64,000 nt of DNA from Escherichia phage JLBYU24, in the sequence record OK272476.1; one strand, 5' to 3'. A program made the translations under genes and the position numbers. Of the stretch, positions 40,210 through 50,690 are shown one piece after another. The notes beneath the pieces are model-generated. The model did no database searches and had not been told where the DNA came from. It saw nothing but the letters and a program-made list of their open reading frames with translations. Each line of letters begins with the position of its first letter. Position 1 is the first letter of the stretch.

Positions 40210-40422
40210 CTATTCCTTACTAAGAGCAGCATTCAGCTTGTTAGTAATTTTATCCAGACGCTTATTGAACTCGCTAGAAGATAAGCCCTTTTCTGGAGAA
40301 ATTAAACTAATAACGAAAAATACAACAATAAAAGGAATAAGGAAAATAGCTCCAACTGCCATAAACAGAAAGAATGTTACAGTTGTAAGAAAATCAGCTA
40401 AACCTTTACGAAATTTATACAT
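40210..40422 (-). CDS. small membrane protein
   Basis: 70 aa; two hydrophobic segments. Confidence 0.45.
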   Translation of the reverse strand: MYKFRKGLADFLTTVTFFLFMAVGAIFLIPFIVVFFVISLISPEKGLSSSEFNKRLDKITNKLNAALSKE

Positions 40423-40537
40423 ATTTTACCCTTAATTGATTAACCAAGCATTGATAAGCACTAAACTATATTGCGAATAAAATTCTGGACCAAAATGAAA
40501 AATCATATCATTTATAGTATCCATAATGTAATTCAAT

Positions 40538-41008
40538 TTAATCATGTGTCCACACCCCATCGGTATTTGACCAAAGTCGCTGATTATCTGATCCTCGCCA
40601 CAGCTTTTTGGTCGGAAGATTTTTCTCATACTTCCCATCAATAATAACATCAACATATTTAAGCATTTCTAGTTGTTTAATATCTTCAAACTTATATCCT
40701 GTCCACAACCAAATGCTTTTATTGGGATAAAGATTTTTTACTGTTTGAACAATGCAATGAATCACATCTCTGTTATCAGGATAAAGAGGGTCACCCCCAG
40801 TTATAGTTAATCCTTCTATATAATCATTATTCAAACATTCAATTAATTGCTCTAGTGTCTCTCCAGTGAATGGAATACCATTTCTAGCATTCCATGTTGA
40901 TTTATTATAACACCCTTCGCATTTATGCAAACAACCTGTAACGAAAAGAACGACCCTGCAACCAGGGCCATTCACAAAATCGCAAGGATAAAATCTATCA
41001 TAATTCAT
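40538..41008 (-). CDS. nrdG: anaerobic ribonucleotide reductase activase NrdG (radical SAM)
   Basis: 156 aa; radical-SAM Cys motif GCLHKCEGC. Confidence 0.9.
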   Translation of the reverse strand: MNYDRFYPCDFVNGPGCRVVLFVTGCLHKCEGCYNKSTWNARNGIPFTGETLEQLIECLNNDYIEGLTITGGDPLYPDNRDVIHCIVQTVKNLYPNKSIWLWTGYKFEDIKQLEMLKYVDVIIDGKYEKNLPTKKLWRGSDNQRLWSNTDGVWTHD

Positions 41009-42822
41009 TGGTGTTTAACCCTATGCATGATTTCTTTATTTTTACCGAGATTAAATCCGCGCTCGTTCGGATTTCCCAAATAACCACATGTTCTTCTTAT
41101 GGTATTCATCTTTTTAGGATCAGTTTCTCCACAAATAGAACAAACAAATCCGTTTTCAGTAGGAGTCATTTCATGAGTACTTCCACACGTAAAACATTTA
41201 TCTACTGGCATATTAACACCAAAATAATCTAAATGTTGTGCAGCATAATCCCACACGGCCTCAAGACCTTTTAAGTTATTTTTCATATCAGGAAGTTCAA
41301 CATAAGAAATGTGACCACCTGTCGCAATGAAATGATATGGCGCTTCACGAGAAATCTTTTCAAACGGAGTAATATTTTCTTCTACTGAAACATGGAAACT
41401 GTTAGTGTACCAGCCTTTATCAGTAACATCCTTTACACTTCCATATTTCTCAGTATCAAGTTTACAGAAGCGATAACAAAGGTTTTCAGCAGGTGTAGAA
41501 TACAAGCTAAAAGCAAAACCAGTTCTTTCAGTCCACTGCTTAAGACGAGCATTCATTTTAGTTAAAATTTCCTGTCCAATATCACGACCGACAAGAATAT
41601 TCAATTCGTGAATACCAATGTATCCTAAGGACACTGAACTTCTACCGTTTTTAAATAACTCAATTATGTCGTCATCAGGTTTAAGACGGACCCCGAATGC
41701 ACCTTCTTGGTAAAGAATAGGAGCAACAGTCGCTTTAACTCCTTTTAATGAACTAATTCTACACATCAATGCTTCAAAACACAAATCCATTCGTTCATTG
41801 AACAATTCGGCAAATTTCTGTTCATTGAACTGTGTTCCAATATAAGAATCTAATGCAATACGAGGAAGATTCAGTGTTACAACGCCAAGATTATTACGTC
41901 CATCAAGAATTTCATTACCAGTCGAATCTTTCCATACGCTCAAGAAACTGCGGCAACCCATTGGAGAAACAGGAATAGATGAACCTGTGATAGCTTTATT
42001 GTTCTTAGCTGAAATAATATCAGGATACATTCTTTTGCTTGCACACTCTAGAGCAAGCTGTTTAATATCATAGTTCGGATCGTCTTTGTAAAGATTAACA
42101 CCTTCTTCAACGAACATAACAAGCTTAGGGAAAATAGGAGTTATCCCATCACGACCGAGACCTTTAATACGATTTTTCAGAATTGCTTTCTGAATCATTC
42201 GTTCAGTCCAGTCAGTTCCCGTGCCAAATGTAATTGTTACAAAAGGCGTTTGTCCATTTGAACTAAAGAGAGTATTTACTTCATATTCATAAGCTTGGAA
42301 CGCATCGTATACGTCTTTTTCTGTTTTAGATTGGGCATAATTCAACGCATCAGCGATTTGCCATTTTTCTGCATCCTCAATATGTTTTGCATAGGTGCGT
42401 TTAACATAAGGAGAAAGGACTTTGTCTACATTTGCAAAAGTCGTTCCACCGTATTGATGGGAAGCAACCTGTGCAGTAATTTGTGCCATAATTGCAGTAG
42501 CAACACCGATTGATTTAGGAGTTTCAATCTGTGCATTACCGAGCTTAAATCCGTTCTCAAGCATTCCTTTTAAATCTACTAAACAGCAATTAGTAAATGG
42601 AAGAGCAGGGGAATAATCAATATCATGGAAATGAATAATTCCGCTTTCATGCGCTTTCATAATAAAAGACGGGACCATATTTTTGGCAATGTGTTTAGAC
42701 ACAATACCAGCCATAAGGTCCCGTTGAGTTGGAAAAACACGAGAATCTTTATTAGCATTCTCGTTCAAAAGGTCTTTATTAGTTTTATGAATCAATCCTT
42801 CAATTTCTTTTTCAATTGTCAT
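41005..42822 (-). CDS. nrdD: anaerobic ribonucleotide reductase NrdD, uninterrupted
   Basis: 605 aa; C-terminal glycyl radical motif RTCGYLG; zinc site CFTCG...CSICG. Confidence 0.95.
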   Translation of the reverse strand: MTIEKEIEGLIHKTNKDLLNENANKDSRVFPTQRDLMAGIVSKHIAKNMVPSFIMKAHESGIIHFHDIDYSPALPFTNCCLVDLKGMLENGFKLGNAQIETPKSIGVATAIMAQITAQVASHQYGGTTFANVDKVLSPYVKRTYAKHIEDAEKWQIADALNYAQSKTEKDVYDAFQAYEYEVNTLFSSNGQTPFVTITFGTGTDWTERMIQKAILKNRIKGLGRDGITPIFPKLVMFVEEGVNLYKDDPNYDIKQLALECASKRMYPDIISAKNNKAITGSSIPVSPMGCRSFLSVWKDSTGNEILDGRNNLGVVTLNLPRIALDSYIGTQFNEQKFAELFNERMDLCFEALMCRISSLKGVKATVAPILYQEGAFGVRLKPDDDIIELFKNGRSSVSLGYIGIHELNILVGRDIGQEILTKMNARLKQWTERTGFAFSLYSTPAENLCYRFCKLDTEKYGSVKDVTDKGWYTNSFHVSVEENITPFEKISREAPYHFIATGGHISYVELPDMKNNLKGLEAVWDYAAQHLDYFGVNMPVDKCFTCGSTHEMTPTENGFVCSICGETDPKKMNTIRRTCGYLGNPNERGFNLGKNKEIMHRVKHQ

Positions 42823-43292
42823 TTTAAACTCTTTCTAAGCTGCTTCTTAAATGAAGCTATTAATTGTGTTTTAGTGTCAGATTCATTATATTCAAATCCT
42901 CTTTGAAGCATCTCAGCCATCATTTCCTCTTTTCCTAAACGAGAAAATTCCTTTGATTTATCTCCAACGAAGTTAGGGTGAATATTATTTTGGGTGTAAT
43001 CGGATTTTAAATAAGTAAGTAAATTTTCTAACCATTCAAGATAATCAACACCTTGTCCCTTTAAGCCAGAACGATTAAATTTATGCTTCATTTGACCTTC
43101 CGCAGCATTGCAGAGATTACAGAGCAATCCACGTACCTTTCCTGCTTTTGGTCCATTTAATTCATGGTCATGGTCGAGGTGATTAGCTTGAACATCAGGA
43201 TTTAGTTCTCGTTGGCAAATTAAACATTTACCATTTTGTGCATCATAAAATTTCTGTTTTTCTTCTTTATATAATTTGCCAGTCAATAACAT
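42819..43292 (-). CDS. 49: endonuclease VII (Holliday junction resolvase) gp49
   Basis: 157 aa; Cys/His zinc motif CLICQ...HLDHDH; size match. Confidence 0.88.
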   Translation of the reverse strand: MLLTGKLYKEEKQKFYDAQNGKCLICQRELNPDVQANHLDHDHELNGPKAGKVRGLLCNLCNAAEGQMKHKFNRSGLKGQGVDYLEWLENLLTYLKSDYTQNNIHPNFVGDKSKEFSRLGKEEMMAEMLQRGFEYNESDTKTQLIASFKKQLRKSLK

Positions 43293-43333
43293 AATAAACC
43301 CTTACCTTAAATAGATAAGGGTATTTATTATTT

Positions 43334-43510
43334 TCAAGTATTGTAAAACATTCGATGCAATCGCTTATATTGTCGAATCATCTTTTTAGTAGGACGAGAA
43401 TAAGTTCCTATACAAGTGGTCATATTAGGGTCAGTAGGACTTCCTTTAATAAAAAGTTTCCAAACCTTACCACCATTTAACTTTTCAGTATAAATTAATT
43501 CGGTTTTCAT
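43334..43510 (-). CDS. hypothetical small protein
   Basis: 58-aa ORF below track cutoff; TAATG overlap with upstream gene. Confidence 0.3.
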   Translation of the reverse strand: MKTELIYTEKLNGGKVWKLFIKGSPTDPNMTTCIGTYSRPTKKMIRQYKRLHRMFYNT

Positions 43511-43956
43511 TAAAACGCTCGGTCAGAAAAAGAAATTTGAGTTTCAAGCCATTCAATATATTCTGCCGCGGCTTGCATTAAATTTCCTTCGTAATCATCA
43601 ATATCTTTTTTCAACGCCGATTTAGATAATGCATATGAAATGCGTTCACCCTGAAATCCAGCTTTAGGTTTATGAAGAACTTGATCAATTCGTTCTACAA
43701 CTTCTTCAATTTCGCCATTTTCTGCGGATTCAGTATTCCACAAGCACCAATACGTAATTGGCTTATCGTAGATGTTAATAATCTTTCCATCAGAAAGTTC
43801 AATTTCAATAATTCCAGTATCAGGTTCTATATCATCTTCGCATTCTTTTGCAAGTTCACGAACTTTAAAGACAGTACCTGCACTAAGTTCCGGCCAGTAA
43901 TTACACAGCCCTTTATCAGCACGATTAATTCTAAACCACTTATCTACTGCAATCAT
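43510..43956 (-). CDS. hypothetical protein (T4 pin position)
   Basis: ~148 aa from MIAVDKW; positional only. Confidence 0.4.
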   Translation of the reverse strand: MIAVDKWFRINRADKGLCNYWPELSAGTVFKVRELAKECEDDIEPDTGIIEIELSDGKIINIYDKPITYWCLWNTESAENGEIEEVVERIDQVLHKPKAGFQGERISYALSKSALKKDIDDYEGNLMQAAAEYIEWLETQISFSDRAF

Positions 43957-44079
43957 ACCCCATCTCCATATCAATTAAGTCATTTATCGTCGGTTCATTA
44001 TATACTGTTTCTTCATCAGTGTAAACCGGTTCTTCCGGCTCTGGCTCTACTGTTTCCCATCTAGCCGCCCACCAAGGTT

Positions 44080-44400
44080 TTATAGCGTAATCCATTCTCG
44101 TACTGTCTGAGTTACTACACGTTCACGGGGCTCGACTAGTTCAACAGTCGGAACTGCATAATACCAGTCAGAATGATAAGAACCTGACCGAGATTCATTT
44201 ACAGCCACATGTACATTATGTTTTGGACTAAAGTAAACACACTGACGATATTGACATTTACCATCTTGCACCCAGTCTTCTATTTCGACAGGTTTAAGAT
44301 AATCGGAAAAATCGAAATCATAGTTTTCCGAAAATGCATCATGGTCTTCAATGATTTCGCTCAGAACTGCATCAACATCTAATTTATTTTCAATAGTCAT
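44080..44400 (-). CDS. hypothetical protein
   Basis: 106-aa ORF. Confidence 0.4.
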   Translation of the reverse strand: MTIENKLDVDAVLSEIIEDHDAFSENYDFDFSDYLKPVEIEDWVQDGKCQYRQCVYFSPKHNVHVAVNESRSGSYHSDWYYAVPTVELVEPRERVVTQTVREWITL

Positions 44401-44583
44401 TTTTCACCAATTAATTTCGCAATTTATTAAGTTCTTCATCATCAATCCAGGATTCTAGTCCTGATGGCAGGTCACATTCAATTTCCCAAAGAAGTTCTTC
44501 AATTTTCTGAAGACGATCTAGTTCTTCGGCTGGAATAGTAACCATTGACGGAGCTCGTGATACATTAATATCGTAAATCATAT

Positions 44584-44799
44584 TTACCCCAGTTTAACCA
44601 TACAATCGCCATATTTCCACTTAGAAATAGACTTTTCGCCATTAGAATAATAAACTTCAAGTTTAGCACGGTTATTTTTAATTTGAATAACCTTGGCTGT
44701 CATCAAAGTTCCATACCCATAATAAACTGCAACTTCATCACCTACATATACCGCGCTTCCGCGGTAATCATGAATATAGTCAGTTCCTTCGAGCATCAT
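44584..44799 (-). CDS. hypothetical protein
   Basis: 71-aa ORF overlapping nrdC stop. Confidence 0.4.
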   Translation of the reverse strand: MMLEGTDYIHDYRGSAVYVGDEVAVYYGYGTLMTAKVIQIKNNRAKLEVYYSNGEKSISKWKYGDCMVKLG

Positions 44800-45059
44800 T
44801 TAAAATATTCTCGCAGTTGGTCAAATCCACCAATATGACTTCCATCAGGAGCAAATACCTGGGGCATTGTCAAGCCGATTTGAGTATCACGACCTAGTTT
44901 AGTCAGAAGCTCAGCGATTTTCTCATCATCAAAAACACCTTTTTCCGGCATAATGTTGATAAATTCAAACGGTTGTTTCTTCACTGTCAAAAGACGTTTT
45001 GCATTATCGCAATACACACATTTGTGGATGTTGCTATCATAACCATATACTTTAAACAT
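44796..45059 (-). CDS. nrdC: glutaredoxin NrdC
   Basis: 87 aa; CVYC active site. Confidence 0.85.
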   Translation of the reverse strand: MFKVYGYDSNIHKCVYCDNAKRLLTVKKQPFEFINIMPEKGVFDDEKIAELLTKLGRDTQIGLTMPQVFAPDGSHIGGFDQLREYFK

Positions 45060-45060
45060 A

Positions 45061-45339
45061 TTATTCCTTAATTCCTAGTACTTGTTTAAAAGTCTCGTCG
45101 TAATCAAGACTTTGGCCCGTTTGTTCTTTATGTTTGTATATAATATCACTTACTTCTGATAGCATATTTTTGTATGAACGAGTTAAAGCAGATTTAAGCA
45201 CGCTGTATCTATCAGGAAATTTACCATGTTCATTATAATAAGCTATTGCTAATTCACGGACTGCCTTTTCAGCAGCCTCCATATATTCTTTACGCTTGGT
45301 CATTTTAATCCAAAATATTATTAGGCATTGGTTGAACAC
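45061..45339 (-). CDS. hypothetical protein
   Basis: 92-aa ORF. Confidence 0.4.
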   Translation of the reverse strand: MFNQCLIIFWIKMTKRKEYMEAAEKAVRELAIAYYNEHGKFPDRYSVLKSALTRSYKNMLSEVSDIIYKHKEQTGQSLDYDETFKQVLGIKE

Positions 45340-45694
45340 TCACAAGTTCTTTAAAGAACTCAGTAGAGTCAGGCAATTTAACCATTTCCGGAGCATGCTT
45401 ACTGAATTTATGTTTACATTGACGGCATTTATATTCAAGCTCTGGTTTACGCCAGTTAATCAATTGAACTTGTTCAGCACCGCATTCAGGGCAATTAGGA
45501 ACGTTTTTAGAAGCTCTTTCACGTCGTTCAACCATAGCCATAATAGCATCCCATGCTGGAGGTTTAAAATCTAAATCGTCGCAGCCATGAATCTTTCCAC
45601 GCATTTCCATATCATCTTCCTCACCAGCCATAATAATTTTAATTAAACTGGAATTACTTGAAGCTGCAATGTCTTCTAATAAACGCTTTTTCAT
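45305..45694 (-). CDS. zinc-ribbon protein
   Basis: 129 aa; CPECG-x17-CRQC. Confidence 0.45.
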   Translation of the reverse strand: MKKRLLEDIAASSNSSLIKIIMAGEEDDMEMRGKIHGCDDLDFKPPAWDAIMAMVERRERASKNVPNCPECGAEQVQLINWRKPELEYKCRQCKHKFSKHAPEMVKLPDSTEFFKELVSVQPMPNNILD

Positions 45695-46620
45695 TTCAAT
45701 ACCTCAATAGCATTACGTAAACCATTTGCTTTTGCATTAAGAGCTTTTAACAATTTGGTGTGTTCGGCAATCTGGGCTTCAACTTCAATCAAACGAGCAT
45801 TGAGATATTCGCGTTCTTCGCTCAGATTATCAACCTTTTCTACTTTAGGCTCTTTTACAACTGTCTTATATGTATTAGGGTTCTTCAGTTTAATTAGAAT
45901 GCGTGAACTATATAACATTGAACCGTTATCTTCGGTTTCGTCATACATTTCTACTACGTCCATGATTTTTAACATCATGCGAAGTTTATAAGACAACGAA
46001 CGAATAGTTTTGTTGTGCTTATTAATTTCTTTAGCTGTCATGGTGCCGAGATTACGTGAGTAATAATAAGGAACCTGGATATTAATTAATACTGATGAAC
46101 CACCTGGCTTGTGTGTTACTTCATCAGCAATAACCCAGTCCTTAACGTGAACTGTATTTGTACGGTCATCGCCCGCGGTAAATAGTTTGCGAGCATGCTT
46201 AAAAAGCATATTCACTTGGTCATTGAATTGACAAGCAAATTTATCAGCAAAGTTAGTTTCAGGAATGGTAGATAACCAATCAGCCAAATGGGTCTTTTTA
46301 ACATCGTTAACAATAGTAAATTCAACCAAATCGGTTATAGATGTCTCAGATTTAATAAAGCTCGGCTTCATAAAGTTTTTAATGTTCTCACGAGCTACAG
46401 TAGAAGATAACATACGAGAACGTTTAAACCATTCAAGCAAATTGCCTAACGAATGAGAATAAGCGTTTTGAGTATCTTTACAGATATGATTTTCCTGACC
46501 AACATATTGAAGGAAATCACGAAGAATATTATTGATTACTGCTCTGTGCCCGATCTGATAATTACGGTGTTTAGTAATAAGACTGTCAAAATAATCAATA
46601 TAATGTTTACGAGTTTTCAT
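45691..46620 (-). CDS. hypothetical protein with C-terminal coiled coil (family member A)
   Basis: 309 aa; N-terminus MKTRKHYIDY; C-terminal ~50-aa heptad-like segment. Confidence 0.5.
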   Translation of the reverse strand: MKTRKHYIDYFDSLITKHRNYQIGHRAVINNILRDFLQYVGQENHICKDTQNAYSHSLGNLLEWFKRSRMLSSTVARENIKNFMKPSFIKSETSITDLVEFTIVNDVKKTHLADWLSTIPETNFADKFACQFNDQVNMLFKHARKLFTAGDDRTNTVHVKDWVIADEVTHKPGGSSVLINIQVPYYYSRNLGTMTAKEINKHNKTIRSLSYKLRMMLKIMDVVEMYDETEDNGSMLYSSRILIKLKNPNTYKTVVKEPKVEKVDNLSEEREYLNARLIEVEAQIAEHTKLLKALNAKANGLRNAIEVLK

Positions 46621-46672
46621 ATTCTTCTCACTTGGTTAATGGTTTATACTCCGAGCCATCCTTGGCTTTAAA

Positions 46673-47674
46673 TTACTTAATTAACTGTAAAGCTTGTTCA
46701 AGACGATCAAGACGATTAACGGATTCTTCCCAAATCTTTTTAGCCTGCTCATATTCTTTCTGCGCTTTATTAGAAATTTCTAGAACTTCTTTATAAGCTT
46801 TTTCTAGTGCAATAACTTCTGGACGAATTTCTACCGGTTCAGGTGAATCGTCAAGATTATCCATTAGTTCCTCAAGGGTAGTTTCTTCTTTAGGAGTATT
46901 CACAATTTCCTCACATTTTTGTTGATAAATTTCTTTATCAGTAGGTGAATAAGCACATTTCACTTCACGAAGACTAATTACAATTTTATATCCTTCCCAT
47001 CCGCATATATTCTTAAAAGGATATGTATGAATATTTTCTACTGTTTCCATACAAAGTAATGCAGTCTCTAACTGACGAGTTATAGTGCTAGCAATTGAGA
47101 AAAATTTATTAATATTCTTTTGGTTAGTTTCTGGTGTAAAAAATCCATAATTCACAAAAATAGCTACTTTATTTTTATCAAGCTCATATTCTTTTACGAT
47201 AATCATATCAGAAGCCAAAGGATGAATTTGACGATAATCGCCATAACATAATTTAGAAGCTGATTTTAGAATTTGTCCTTTGAAAAGTCTGAAATTACTA
47301 ATCCAACGACGAGTAAAAATATTCTCAGGGTCTTCTTTATTATTAAGATGATAAGAATTAACATCACCGAACCAATTATATCCTACTACATCTTTAGTTC
47401 GTTTAATTTCTTTCCCAAAATTACCAAGAATATCCCGATTAACCAAATATGAAAGAAGACGAGACTCTTTAAAAGTTTTTTTGATAACATCTTTATCTAC
47501 ACGGCTAGAAATTTTACGAATTTCATGAATAAATTTAGTAGAAGAAACAATACTTGCATCAACACTATTGAGCCATTGATTGATAATAGAAAGAACGATA
47601 TTTTGACCAAACATCGGTATAGCTTTATCATCAATAACGCTATTGAATGATTTGATATATTCGTTACGAGTCAT
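46673..47674 (-). CDS. hypothetical protein with C-terminal coiled coil (family member B)
   Basis: ~333 aa from MTRNEYIK with GAGGAG RBS; track start overlaps promoter. Confidence 0.5.
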   Translation of the reverse strand: MTRNEYIKSFNSVIDDKAIPMFGQNIVLSIINQWLNSVDASIVSSTKFIHEIRKISSRVDKDVIKKTFKESRLLSYLVNRDILGNFGKEIKRTKDVVGYNWFGDVNSYHLNNKEDPENIFTRRWISNFRLFKGQILKSASKLCYGDYRQIHPLASDMIIVKEYELDKNKVAIFVNYGFFTPETNQKNINKFFSIASTITRQLETALLCMETVENIHTYPFKNICGWEGYKIVISLREVKCAYSPTDKEIYQQKCEEIVNTPKEETTLEELMDNLDDSPEPVEIRPEVIALEKAYKEVLEISNKAQKEYEQAKKIWEESVNRLDRLEQALQLIK

Positions 47675-47702
47675 ATTAATCTCCTCAGTAGAAAGTAAGA
47701 AC

Positions 47703-47732
47703 ATTATACCACATCCTTGTGGCGAAGTAAAC
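47703..47732 (-). promoter_or_regulatory. T4-type early promoter
   Basis: plus attata 47703-47708, gtaaac 47727-47732, tgtgg extension. Confidence 0.5.
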
Positions 47733-48736
47733 TAGTTTAGTGCATTTAGTGCGTTGTTCAATTTAGAACGTTGCTTCGTGAGATTTTTTACTTTTTCTTG
47801 AGCTTTTTCTAGCATCTTTTCAGCTTCTAACACTTCATTAGTTGCTTTAACGAGTTCATCATCTACTGCCTTGATAGACTTCTCAATCGCATCCGCGTGC
47901 CATTTTTCAACAGGTTTAAGACTCGGATTTTCAACAGGAAGAAAATTCACTTTATTGAATTTCCATGCATCATTATTACCTGAACTATACATCCAAAATT
48001 TAGGATCGTTTGATGAGTAATTAGTTTGGGGTTCAGGTTTTTTCTCTTGTGTAACTTCGTCCTTTCTCAAAAAATCATATTTAAATGAAACGATCATATC
48101 AAGTTCATATGTTGTCGTATCTAATTTAAATCGTTCGAAATGCTGCGAAATCTTAGACTGAACAGCAGAAACAACATCCATATACTTAAATGCTTCTGTC
48201 AGCTGTGATTTAAGACATTCACAAATTGAAAGAGAATTTTTAGTACTAGGTTTAAAGCTAATTCGTGCAGTTCTATTATTTTCTTTTAATGGTCTTACTT
48301 CCATCTGAAGAGTATAACCATCAAATTTCAGATTCTTTAAGTTAATATCAGAGCCCTTTAATCGACTAGCAGTAGACAAAATTTGCTTTAATTGTTTACG
48401 AAATAGAGCAATAAATCTCCATTCAATACGATAATGATTTGGATTAAAAAATCCTGTTGATAAATCAACCTTACTCTGACCAACGCCTTGAACAAATAGA
48501 GGATTTTTATAATCAATAGTTTTACAGAAATCGGTGAGCTGCTCACGAGCAGTCATTTGAGTAATATACCCTGCTTCATTAAAATGACGTAACCATTCAC
48601 TGCTATTCATATACTTAAAGTGAATATCACGATTAACTTTATCAGGGTCTAAATTATTTTGGCACAAAAATGTCATAACATTACGGGTATAGCTGGCATT
48701 ACGAACCATATCTTCAATTTGAGAACGAGTTTTCAT
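47732..48736 (-). CDS. hypothetical protein with C-terminal coiled coil (family member C)
   Basis: 334 aa; N-terminus MKTRSQIEDM. Confidence 0.5.
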   Translation of the reverse strand: MKTRSQIEDMVRNASYTRNVMTFLCQNNLDPDKVNRDIHFKYMNSSEWLRHFNEAGYITQMTAREQLTDFCKTIDYKNPLFVQGVGQSKVDLSTGFFNPNHYRIEWRFIALFRKQLKQILSTASRLKGSDINLKNLKFDGYTLQMEVRPLKENNRTARISFKPSTKNSLSICECLKSQLTEAFKYMDVVSAVQSKISQHFERFKLDTTTYELDMIVSFKYDFLRKDEVTQEKKPEPQTNYSSNDPKFWMYSSGNNDAWKFNKVNFLPVENPSLKPVEKWHADAIEKSIKAVDDELVKATNEVLEAEKMLEKAQEKVKNLTKQRSKLNNALNALN

Positions 48737-48744
48737 AGTGTTCC

Positions 48745-49653
48745 TTAAGATTTAAGTAAATCAACAATTTTAATTAATTTTTCACGCTCAGATTTAGCTT
48801 TACTACTCAATCCAGATAGTCTGAAAATTTCATCGTCATACTGTTGAATAGAAATATTCAGCTCTTCAATTTGCTTATTAAAATAATCAATTTGCTCAGA
48901 ATGTTTTTCATTACTGCGAACTGGTACAGGTTTTGTAGGCAATTTAGTTAAACTGGATTCATCCGGGCGATAAATTAAAATACAACTTGAACCAATCGGG
49001 CATTTAGCACCAGACACATATTCTAATGTTCCGGCTTCTTTTAAAACTTCAAAAGCTAAACAGAGATGATGCCCCATATTAACATAATCTGTAGAGCGAG
49101 CTCTAATATAATAATCATCACCGCGAATACTAAATTTAAAGCATTTAAGGTCTTCTGTATTATTGGTCTTAAAAATCATTTGTTTATCTAGACCTTTAGC
49201 TAATCGAGCGCCTAATGCTAATAATCGTCGTTGATTTTCCCACAAATCCGCAATCATTTGGTCAAATGATAATTTCGGCATTAGTCGACCATAAAGGTCG
49301 TATCCTTTATTATAATTGCGAAGGATTTCACTCGCGTTAATACGAGACAATGCTCCAATTTTATTAAGGGCTTTCATAATGCGATTAGATAAACCCATTC
49401 CAGACCCGTTTGTTCGTTGTAAATGTTTATCTAATCCAAATCCAATATCAACTTTAAACTTATCTAAAATTTCTGCATGAACATCTCTGTCAATAACATT
49501 CAAATCCAAAGTTGGGTTAAATCTATGAAAAAATTTATCTGGCTCTCCACGACGAAGTACAGTCCATTCATTCAATTTTTTATTAACTAAAGATTTAATT
49601 ACTGCATTGACATTATTAATTACTACTGACATATTTTCCTCACTCAATTTCAA
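48745..49653 (-). CDS. hypothetical protein with C-terminal coiled coil (family member D)
   Basis: 302 aa; same architecture, more divergent. Confidence 0.45.
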   Translation of the reverse strand: MKLSEENMSVVINNVNAVIKSLVNKKLNEWTVLRRGEPDKFFHRFNPTLDLNVIDRDVHAEILDKFKVDIGFGLDKHLQRTNGSGMGLSNRIMKALNKIGALSRINASEILRNYNKGYDLYGRLMPKLSFDQMIADLWENQRRLLALGARLAKGLDKQMIFKTNNTEDLKCFKFSIRGDDYYIRARSTDYVNMGHHLCLAFEVLKEAGTLEYVSGAKCPIGSSCILIYRPDESSLTKLPTKPVPVRSNEKHSEQIDYFNKQIEELNISIQQYDDEIFRLSGLSSKAKSEREKLIKIVDLLKS

Positions 49654-50047
49654 TTTTACTAAATACGCAGAATATGATGGAAAAGACTATATAAGCACCG
49701 CATATAGATTGAACTAATACCATTCCAAAGAACCAAACAATATTATCAAACAATGTCTGTTTTACGTCGAAAGGACGTAAACTTACAGTAATATTATCAC
49801 CTTTTTCTATTGAAGAATACATCTCTGGAGAAATATATTCGCTAAATCTATAACCATCATTCAGCTCATATACAGCAATAAACGATAAACTAGACCCCTT
49901 TCCTTGTGTTCCTGTAAAGGTATTAACTACAGTAACATCATAATCTTTATAATGCATATAATCATTAATAGCATAATAACCATATGCAACTACTACGCAT
50001 AAACAACATATCAATAAATTCAATCTTTTAATTATCAACTGTTTCAT
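49640..50047 (-). CDS. membrane protein
   Basis: 135 aa; N- and C-terminal hydrophobic helices. Confidence 0.45.
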   Translation of the reverse strand: MKQLIIKRLNLLICCLCVVVAYGYYAINDYMHYKDYDVTVVNTFTGTQGKGSSLSFIAVYELNDGYRFSEYISPEMYSSIEKGDNITVSLRPFDVKQTLFDNIVWFFGMVLVQSICGAYIVFSIIFCVFSKIEIE

Positions 50048-50102
50048 AATAATCTCAATTAAAAGGGCTTAGAACCATTATACCATCCTTGGTATAAAGC
50101 GG

Positions 50103-50630
50103 TTATGCGAGTACCGTCTTTAACCGTTCTTCAAACTTCCGAAGAGTATTTTGGCGTTCAGCTCTTTGCTTTTTGTAAGTTTCAATACGCTCTGAAATGA
50201 GAGTGTATCGTTCATTTACTGATTCTTTCATAAAATCAGGAATTTCACGAGAAGCTTTAATCTCGTCAAATTTATCAATAACAGCTTGCTCTTCAGCAAT
50301 TAAGTTATCATACATCAAAATATCTTTCTTGATGAACTCAATATCTTCTTGAGTTACACGAGATAATTTAGATGCTTTATCCTTTTTGTACTGTTCGTTA
50401 GTATCACGAGACCAGTGTAATGTACGATTTTTATTCGTATTCTTGTAAATTTCTACAATACCAATCTCATCAATAATAACGATCCAATTCCAACGGGATT
50501 TGTAAATTTGTCCTCCATCAACAGTGATTTCACCTCCAATTGAGATGTCATTAAAGAACTTGCTTTGTGCTTCTGATTTAAATTTACCATCGTTGTAATT
50601 TACCAGGTTGAAAATATCTTTAGCGTTCAT
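50103..50630 (-). CDS. hypothetical protein
   Basis: ~175 aa from MNAKDIF with GGAGGAAC RBS. Confidence 0.45.
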   Translation of the reverse strand: MNAKDIFNLVNYNDGKFKSEAQSKFFNDISIGGEITVDGGQIYKSRWNWIVIIDEIGIVEIYKNTNKNRTLHWSRDTNEQYKKDKASKLSRVTQEDIEFIKKDILMYDNLIAEEQAVIDKFDEIKASREIPDFMKESVNERYTLISERIETYKKQRAERQNTLRKFEERLKTVLA

Positions 50631-50658
50631 TTTCTGTTCCTCCGTAGTTGATAGTTGT

Positions 50659-50688
50659 ATAGTACCATGGAGGAACAGTCTTGTAAAC
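50659..50688 (-). promoter_or_regulatory. T4-type early promoter in conserved cassette
   Basis: near-identical to 25706-25748 cassette. Confidence 0.5.
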
Positions 50689-50690
50689 AA

